Assembly: GCF_002086635.1 (NCBI RefSeq)
Contig: NZ_MVHD01000004.1
Location: 12,259 to 44,258, forward strand
Direction: 5' to 3'
Origin: Mycobacterium alsense
GTDB taxonomy: Bacteria; Actinomycetota; Actinomycetes; Mycobacteriales; Mycobacteriaceae
Length of the DNA stretch: 32,000 bases
Position numbers and translations under genes: made by a program. The notes below the pieces were generated by a model that saw only the letters and a list, made by a program, of their open reading frames with translations, was not told the origin of the DNA and did not search any database. Shown here piece after piece: positions 25,781 to 32,000 of this stretch. Each line of letters begins with the position of its first letter. Within the stretch, counting starts at the first letter, position 1.

Positions 25781-25852
25781 GGGGGCTCCTTCGCCGGTGC
25801 GGTTGACACATTATGGGCAACCGGGGTCCCCGGGCGCGCCAACCGGGGGGAA

Positions 25853-27607
25853 TCAGGCGTCCAGCCGGGTGAATTGATCCTGGCGGTACTGCTCGACGCA
25901 AGCGGCGCGGCGGATCTTGCCGCTCGTCGTGGTGGGAATCGATCCGGGCGGCACCAGCACGAGGTCGCCGACGTTCAGGCCGTGCGCATTGGAGATCGCG
26001 GAGGTGACGTCGCTCTTGACGCAGGTGAGCCAGTGCATGGCGTCCTCGGCGTCCTCGTCGGGACCCCCGCGCTTCTTGAGCTCGATGACGGTGACCAGCT
26101 TCTCGGTGCTGTTCACCGGGACCGATATCGCCGCCACCCGGCCCCCGGTGATCTCCTGGACCGTCGCCTCGATGTCCTCGGGGTAGTGATTCCGCCCGCG
26201 GATGATCAGCAGGTCCTTGATGCGGCCGACGATGAACAGCGCACCCTCGAAGATGAAGCCCAGGTCGCCGGTTCTCAGCCAGGGTCCCTCGGGGGTGCCC
26301 GGCGACGGGTCGGCGAGCGTCGCGCCGAAGCAGCGCTGTTCCTCCGGCGGTTTGCGCCAGTAGCCGTCTGCGACGTTGGGGCCGTGTATCCAGATCTCGC
26401 CGACCAGTCCCGGCGCGCGCTCGCGGCCCGCGCGGTCGACGATCCGGACCGTCGGCGATTGCGGCGCTTGGTATTTCACCAGCGCGGTGCCGGTGCCGGC
26501 CGCACCCCGCTGGGCACGGCCGGCGGACAGCTCCTCGGCGTCGAAGTGCATCGCGGCCGACGACTCGCTCCAGGTGCCGGCCGTCACGAAGACGGTCGCC
26601 TCCGCCAAGCCATACGACGGGCGCACCATGTGGTCCTGAAAGTTGAAGTGGGCAAAGCGATCGACGAAGCGCCGCACGGTGGCCGGCTCGACGCGCTCGG
26701 CGCCGCTGATGATCCCCAGCACCCCCCCGAGGTCGAGCCCGGCCAGGTCGGCGTCGGTGGTTTTGCGGGCGGCCAGGTCGAAGGCGAAGTTCGGCGCCGC
26801 CGACCACGCGTGCGGATTCTCGGCCAGGGACCGCATCCACCGGGCCGGGCGCTCCAGGAACGACACCGGGCTGCTCAGCTCGCCGCGGTAGCCGCCCAGG
26901 ACGGGCGCGCAGACCCCCAACACCAAGCCCATGTCGTGGTAGAAGGGCAGCCACGACACGATCGTGATATTCGGCGGGGCTTTGACGTTGGAGTCGGCGA
27001 AGAAGCTGCGCATCAGCTGCTCGAAATTCACCTGCAGGTTGCGGTGCGAGACCATCACCCCGGTGGGCTGCCGGGTGGAACCCGAGCTGTATTGCAAATA
27101 CGCGATGTCGGGCAAATCGCCTGTCCGAACAGTTGTTTCGCCGTCGGCATCCAGATTCAGCGAATCGATTGCCAGGATCTTGGGGACGGTTTCCAGCCCC
27201 GCCTGGTCCACGTACTCGGTGATGTCTTCCGCCACGGTCGACGTGGTGAGGATCACCGACGGCGACGTGTCGGCCAGCACCGCACCCACCCGGCCGTGGC
27301 TCGCGCCGCGATGCGGCAGCGGGAGCGGGACCGCGATCAGCCCGGCCTGCATGGACCCCAGGAATGCCAGGACGTAGTCGAGGCCCTGGGGGGCCAGGAT
27401 CACCGCCCGGTCCCCGGTCGATCCGTGGCGGCTGAGCTCGCGCGCCGCATTCGAGGTGCGGCGGGACAACTGCGACCAGGTGAGGCTCTCGGCCACACCC
27501 GCCCAGTCGCGGGTGTGGTCGGTGAACGTGAACGCCACGTCGTGGGGCCGCAGGCTGGCGCGGCCGTGCAGCATCGACAGAATGGTGGGTTGAGAAGCGG
27601 GTGTCAC
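25853..27607 (-). CDS. fadD: Fatty acyl-AMP ligase (FAAL-type FadD)
   Basis: [40 protein letters not shown] (AMP-binding core) and [23 protein letters not shown] are typical of mycobacterial FAAL FadDs. GTG start. Confidence 0.9.
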   Translation of the reverse strand: MTPASQPTILSMLHGRASLRPHDVAFTFTDHTRDWAGVAESLTWSQLSRRTSNAARELSRHGSTGDRAVILAPQGLDYVLAFLGSMQAGLIAVPLPLPHRGASHGRVGAVLADTSPSVILTTSTVAEDITEYVDQAGLETVPKILAIDSLNLDADGETTVRTGDLPDIAYLQYSSGSTRQPTGVMVSHRNLQVNFEQLMRSFFADSNVKAPPNITIVSWLPFYHDMGLVLGVCAPVLGGYRGELSSPVSFLERPARWMRSLAENPHAWSAAPNFAFDLAARKTTDADLAGLDLGGVLGIISGAERVEPATVRRFVDRFAHFNFQDHMVRPSYGLAEATVFVTAGTWSESSAAMHFDAEELSAGRAQRGAAGTGTALVKYQAPQSPTVRIVDRAGRERAPGLVGEIWIHGPNVADGYWRKPPEEQRCFGATLADPSPGTPEGPWLRTGDLGFIFEGALFIVGRIKDLLIIRGRNHYPEDIEATVQEITGGRVAAISVPVNSTEKLVTVIELKKRGGPDEDAEDAMHWLTCVKSDVTSAISNAHGLNVGDLVLVPPGSIPTTTSGKIRRAACVEQYRQDQFTRLDA

Positions 27608-27644
27608 ATCACGTCCGTACTGGCTTGTCGAGATACGTCTGCGG

Positions 27645-28775
27645 TCAGTGGCCGGCTTGGCTCGAGCCCTGCGACAACACGGACATGGCGCCGGCGAGGA
27701 TCTGCGAGAACGGGTCGGCGCCCCCGCCGAACGTCGCCTGGTTGGCGGGCGCGGTGACTTCCGCCGGGTCGAAGCCGTGCACCGGGTCCACCTGGACCGG
27801 AGCGGTCGACGGGTCGTCGTTGCGCGAATAGCCGGCGTTCACCCGCGGCATCAGGATCGCGTCGAGCTTGTTCAGCGTGTCTTCCGGGATTCCGATGTAG
27901 GCCAGCGGCATCACGAGCGGAAGGTGCTTCTCCGGGACCATGACCGTCGTCTCCTTGGCACCCCGGGAGTTGACGGTGGTCCTGATGTTCTGCGGCGGCA
28001 CCATGCTCGGGTTGGTGAAGGCCACCGCGGTGTGACCGGTGGCGAGGCCCATGAGCGTGTTGGCCAGAGCGAACATGTTGTCCGGCCGGTCGGGGAAGTC
28101 GGCGATCGAGTCGTATGCGGCCACGAACTTGTAGGTGTCGTACTGGCTCTCGTACGGCGGTGGCATGCGGTAGTCGAGCGCGGGCACGACGCTGCCGACC
28201 GGGAACATGGCGCTCAGAAAGCTCTGACCGAAGGCATGACGCCCGATCGGGTCGCCGAAGCTGGCGAAGTTCAGCGTGCCCGGCGGGGGAGCGGCCGGGT
28301 CATTCGCCAGCCGCGCCTGCTCGCCGTCGACCACGAACCCGCCCTCGGACAGTCCGATCGCCGTTCCCGGGCGACCGGTCTTGATCGCCGCGTCGAGGTT
28401 GTCCACCCCAACGTCGACCGACTCGCCGACGCTGGGACCGTCCAGGCCCAGGCCCGGGAACAGCTCGTCGCCGGCCTTGCCGATGCCCGGGAACAGTCGC
28501 TCCAGCACGTGGCCCTGAACCTGGCCCGCAGGGTAGTTCACGATCTCGCGCTTCTGGCCGGGAAACCATTGCGCGCCCTCCTGGCGGATGTACTCGTCGT
28601 AGGGGATGCCCAGGACATGAGCGCCACCGAGGGCGAACGCCGTCTGGTCGCCCGGCGCCCCGGGCGTCGGCGGACCGCCGATGGGCGTGTCGTCAGCCGT
28701 CGCGGTGTTCACGCCGAAACATCCTGTGGCGCCGACAGTTACCATCGCAGTGACTCCCGCGAGGAGTTTCTTCAT
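27645..28775 (-). CDS. Secreted PE-PPE-domain serine hydrolase/acyltransferase (Chp-like)
   Basis: N-terminal signal peptide [27 protein letters not shown], then a PE-PPE-type alpha/beta-hydrolase domain. The nucleophile motif is GLSEG, with the Ser codon at 28347-28349. Confidence 0.8.
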   Translation of the reverse strand: MKKLLAGVTAMVTVGATGCFGVNTATADDTPIGGPPTPGAPGDQTAFALGGAHVLGIPYDEYIRQEGAQWFPGQKREIVNYPAGQVQGHVLERLFPGIGKAGDELFPGLGLDGPSVGESVDVGVDNLDAAIKTGRPGTAIGLSEGGFVVDGEQARLANDPAAPPPGTLNFASFGDPIGRHAFGQSFLSAMFPVGSVVPALDYRMPPPYESQYDTYKFVAAYDSIADFPDRPDNMFALANTLMGLATGHTAVAFTNPSMVPPQNIRTTVNSRGAKETTVMVPEKHLPLVMPLAYIGIPEDTLNKLDAILMPRVNAGYSRNDDPSTAPVQVDPVHGFDPAEVTAPANQATFGGGADPFSQILAGAMSVLSQGSSQAGH

Positions 28776-28829
28776 CCCTACCCCTGACCGTTCGGCTTCT
28801 CTAGTTTCACATACGTCATGGGCGCGTCG

Positions 28830-31800
28830 CTAACCCGGTTGCGGCTCGGCCGGTGAGCGCGAGACCGACCGTCGCGCGCCCCCTCGCGACGGCCACCAAT
28901 TCGCCCGGCCGACCAGCGCGGCGAGCGCGGGAACCGTGATGGTCCGCACCAGGAAGGTGTCCAGCAGGATCCCCACCCCGATCACGAAACCGCCCTGGAC
29001 CACGGTGCCGATGCTGGAGAACAACAGGCCGCACATCGACGCGGCGAAGATCAGGCCCGCCGCGGTGATCACCCCGCCGGTCGATCCCAGGGTGCGAATG
29101 ATGCCGTACCGCACGCTGTTCGGCGACTCGTCGCGCATCCGCGACACGAGCAGCATGTTGTAGTCGGCCCCCACCGCGACCAACACCACGAACGCCAGTG
29201 GCGGCACGCTCCAATGCAATTGCTGGCCGAGGATCAGCTGGAATACCACCACGCCGATGCCCACCGCCGACAAATACGAAATGACCACGGAGGCAACCAG
29301 ATACAGCGGTGCCACGATCGCGCGCAGCAGCGCGATCAGGGTCAGCAGCACTACGAGGAGGGTGACCGCGATGATGAACCGGATGTCGTGCTGGTAGTAG
29401 TCGCGGGTGTCCTTCAGGCCGACGGTGAAACCCGACATCGACACCGTGGCGTCGGCCAACGCGGTGTTGGCCTGGGCTCCCCGCGCGGTCGCGCTGATCG
29501 CGTTGACCTGATCCATCGCCTCGGTGCTGAACGGGTTGAGCTTGGTCTGGACCAGGTAGCGCACCGAATGGCCGTCGGGCGAGATGAACACCTTGGCGGC
29601 CTTCTGGAACTCCTCCAGGTGCAACAGCTGGGCCGGGATGTTGAACCCCGCCATGGCCGGTTGCGCCGCGTCGCGTTTCAGCGACAGCAAGAACGCCGCC
29701 GACTCGCTGAGCCCGGCACCCAGCTTTTTGACCTGGTCGACGAGTTGGGCCACCGCGTCGGCCACCTGCCGGCTGCCCCCGGCGAACCGGTCGGCGCCGT
29801 CCTGCAGCTTGTCCAGGCTCGCCTGCAACCCGCCGGGCTGGTCCATCCCCAGGGAGCGCAGCACCGTGGTGAGCTTCGCCAGCGCCGCGCGCAGCCGGTC
29901 CGTCGAAGCCCTCAGGGCCCGTTTGTCCGGATACTCCTGCAGCTGTTGGGCCAAGTCGTTGATCGCGTCGAGGTCCGCCTGATCCCGCGCGCCGAGCATC
30001 TGCTCGAACGTCCCGCGGGTGGCGCTGCACGACGGATCCGCATCACAGACCGGGTTGCCCCGCAGCGCCGCCAGCACCGGGCCGATCCAGGCGAACATGT
30101 TCTTGCCGGCCGAGAAGTTCCAGCCCATGGCGTTGCTGAGCGAGTTGACGTGGTCGACGAGTCGCGCCGCGAGGTCCACCTGCCTGACCAGCGTGTCGCC
30201 GCCGTACTGGTTCTTCGTGTCGGAGAGGGCGTTCTCCAGTTCCTGCACGCCGGCGGCGAGCTGGCTGACCTGGCTGCGCACGTCGCCGAGGTTGTCGGCC
30301 AGCGTGCCGGCCCCGGCGACCAGCCGGTTGAGGTCGCCCGTGTGGTCGTTGATCACGGTGGACCCGTTGGCCAGCAGCGCGCCGACCGCCCCGGCCTGAT
30401 AGGTGGCCCGGAACTGTTCGGGCACGCTCCCGGTGGGGCGGGTGATGCCGCTGATCGCGGCGACGTTCGGCAGCTTGCTGACCCGGTCCGCCATCTGCTC
30501 CAGGTCCGCGAGCGCCTGCGGTGTGCGCAGGTCATGCGGCGACTGGACGAGGATGTACTCCGGGATGGACTGGTTCACGGGAAAATGGCGATCCAGCGTG
30601 GCGTACCCGACGGAACTCGGAGCGGACGGCCCCAGCGCCTTGCGGTCGTCGTAGTTGTAGCGCACCAGGCTCGAGCAGCAGGCCAGCAGGATCAACACCA
30701 GCAGGCTGGCGACCAGATGGACCCTCGGCCGGCGCGCGATGCGGATCCCCGAACGTCTCCAGAACCGGGCGGTCAGCTCGCGCCGCGGCTTGACCCAGCC
30801 GCGCGGCCCGGCGACCACCAGAATCGCCGGCAGCAACGTCACCGCGGCCGAAAACGCCACACCGATCCCGATCGCCGCCGACGCCCCGACCGTCTTGAAC
30901 ACGCCCATCCGCGCGAAGCTGATGAGCAAGAAGGTGATGCCGACGGTGGCCGCCGACGCGGCGATCACCTTGCCGATCGAGACCAGCGCCCGCCTGACCG
31001 CCTGGTCGTAGCCGTCGCCCGAGCGCAGATAGTCGTGATAGCGGCTGATGAGGAACACCGCGTAATCCGTTCCGGCGCCGGCCATTATGGCGCTCAGAAA
31101 CACGATCGACTGGTTCGAGACACCCGAGCCGGTCAGCTGTGAGTAGCCCGCCACCGCCGCCTGGGCGATCACCAGGGACAACCCGATGGTGATCAGCGGC
31201 AGCAGCATGGTGATCGCGCTGCGGTACACCACCAGCAGGACGACGAGCACCAGGACGGCGATCGCCAACTCGATCGGCAGCCGATCCCGATCGCCGGCAA
31301 CGGTGAGGTCGGCGACGGTTGCGGCGGGGCCGGTGAGGTTCGCGGTCAGGTGCGACCCGGCCGGGGCCTGCGCCAGGGCGTGTTTGACGACGTCGGCGAC
31401 CTGGTTGAAGGCGGCGTAGGACCGCGGGGTGCCCAACTCGCCCGCCAGGCCCACCGGCAGCACCCAGGCTTTGTTGTCCTTGCTGGTCACGACCGAGCGC
31501 AGGGCCGGGGTGGTGACGAAGTCCTGAACCATGACGACGTTTCGCGGGTCGTGGCGCAGCGCGTCCACCACCTTGCGGTAGGCGGCCTCGTCGGCGGGGC
31601 CGAGGCCCTTGGCGTCCTTGTCGTTGGTCAGCACCACCAGCAGGAGGTCTTCGGTGCCAGACTCGTGAAACGCCTCGGCCATCTTGCGGGCGGTGACGTT
31701 CGACGGGGCATCGCTGGGCAGGATGGCCAGCGGGTGCTTCTGGGCCATCTCGCTGAGGGAGGGAAGGGTCAGCGGCAGGGCGACCGCGATCGCGACCCAG

Positions 31801-31853
31801 AGCCCGATCACCGCCCAGGGCCACCGCACCACAAGATCCGCTAGCCGTCGCAT
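28830..31853 (-). CDS. mmpL: MmpL-family RND transporter (about 1007 aa) with no adjacent MmpS
   Basis: ATG 31853 is preceded by GGTGAGGG. Motifs [13 protein letters not shown] and [18 protein letters not shown] long periplasmic coiled-coil insertion lies at about 29671-30370. Stop is TAG at 28830-28832. Confidence 0.92.
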   Translation of the reverse strand: MRRLADLVVRWPWAVIGLWVAIAVALPLTLPSLSEMAQKHPLAILPSDAPSNVTARKMAEAFHESGTEDLLLVVLTNDKDAKGLGPADEAAYRKVVDALRHDPRNVVMVQDFVTTPALRSVVTSKDNKAWVLPVGLAGELGTPRSYAAFNQVADVVKHALAQAPAGSHLTANLTGPAATVADLTVAGDRDRLPIELAIAVLVLVVLLVVYRSAITMLLPLITIGLSLVIAQAAVAGYSQLTGSGVSNQSIVFLSAIMAGAGTDYAVFLISRYHDYLRSGDGYDQAVRRALVSIGKVIAASAATVGITFLLISFARMGVFKTVGASAAIGIGVAFSAAVTLLPAILVVAGPRGWVKPRRELTARFWRRSGIRIARRPRVHLVASLLVLILLACCSSLVRYNYDDRKALGPSAPSSVGYATLDRHFPVNQSIPEYILVQSPHDLRTPQALADLEQMADRVSKLPNVAAISGITRPTGSVPEQFRATYQAGAVGALLANGSTVINDHTGDLNRLVAGAGTLADNLGDVRSQVSQLAAGVQELENALSDTKNQYGGDTLVRQVDLAARLVDHVNSLSNAMGWNFSAGKNMFAWIGPVLAALRGNPVCDADPSCSATRGTFEQMLGARDQADLDAINDLAQQLQEYPDKRALRASTDRLRAALAKLTTVLRSLGMDQPGGLQASLDKLQDGADRFAGGSRQVADAVAQLVDQVKKLGAGLSESAAFLLSLKRDAAQPAMAGFNIPAQLLHLEEFQKAAKVFISPDGHSVRYLVQTKLNPFSTEAMDQVNAISATARGAQANTALADATVSMSGFTVGLKDTRDYYQHDIRFIIAVTLLVVLLTLIALLRAIVAPLYLVASVVISYLSAVGIGVVVFQLILGQQLHWSVPPLAFVVLVAVGADYNMLLVSRMRDESPNSVRYGIIRTLGSTGGVITAAGLIFAASMCGLLFSSIGTVVQGGFVIGVGILLDTFLVRTITVPALAALVGRANWWPSRGGARRSVSRSPAEPQPG

Positions 31854-32000
31854 ATCGCCCTCACCCCCGGGTCGGCGCACTCGTGCGCGCCCGCGGGGGA
31901 CACCCGGTCACACCCGCTTTTCAACCCTGTCAAACCGCCCAACGTCGTGCTCCGCGCTATCCAAGAGCCATCGAACTACTCCACGCTACGCAACGCGCCC

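Noticed and set aside
24890-27757. 955-aa plus-strand ORF antisense to the oxidoreductase and FadD genes
   Set aside because: Low-complexity R/G/A/P-rich translation with no domain signatures. The opposite strand encodes two proteins with clear family motifs. It is a GC-driven open frame.
31861-32000. Possible promoter/operator upstream of the second mmpL (TTGACA-like hexamer, and a GCGCAC-TC-GTGCGC palindrome at about 31873-31886)
   Set aside because: No acceptable -10 lies at the correct spacing. The palindrome has only 6-bp arms, sits in very GC-rich sequence, and no regulator gene is visible. The evidence is too weak to call.
1-32000. Search for mobile elements, tRNA/rRNA genes and CRISPR arrays
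   Set aside because: No transposase- or integrase-like ORFs, no terminal inverted repeats flanking the accessory blocks, no tRNA-like cloverleaf-length intergenic segments, and no repeat-spacer arrays were seen by eye.

Overview
High-GC actinobacterial DNA, almost certainly a Mycobacterium chromosome. From memory, the gene order matches the M. tuberculosis Rv2439c-Rv2417c backbone read in the opposite orientation: proB, nadE, rbsK, a HAMP cyclase, an MscS/cNMP channel, proA, MoxR, VWA, nadD, rsfS, gpgP, an SGNH hydrolase and DegV. I call 25 CDSs (24 intact, one apparently frameshifted). I found no rRNA, tRNA, CRISPR array or transposase.

Three blocks look accessory. (1) 997-4461: a TetR regulator, a P450, a class-II-like sirtuin and a frameshifted isochorismatase-family hydrolase, sitting between proB and nadE. 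(2) 19579-21129: a PE-PGRS protein with a C-terminal pepsin-like protease domain carrying two DSG motifs. (3) 21236-31853: six co-directional minus-strand genes for lipid assembly and export (MmpL, PE-PPE/Chp-like hydrolase, FAAL-type FadD, DapB-like oxidoreductase, MmpS, MmpL).

Most interesting observations:
- The receptor cyclase has five of six canonical catalytic positions substituted. It is translationally coupled (ATGA) to an MscS channel whose cNMP-binding cassette also lacks the canonical Glu and Arg.
- The hydrolase frameshift falls exactly on a G_GGA_AAA slippery heptamer.
- A structured 190-nt intergenic region lies upstream of nadD.
- The lipid locus resembles mmpL10-chp2-fadD21, but no pks or papA gene is in view.

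Many long antisense ORFs in the track are high-GC artefacts and were rejected. All motif alignments were done by eye, and start codons are best guesses.
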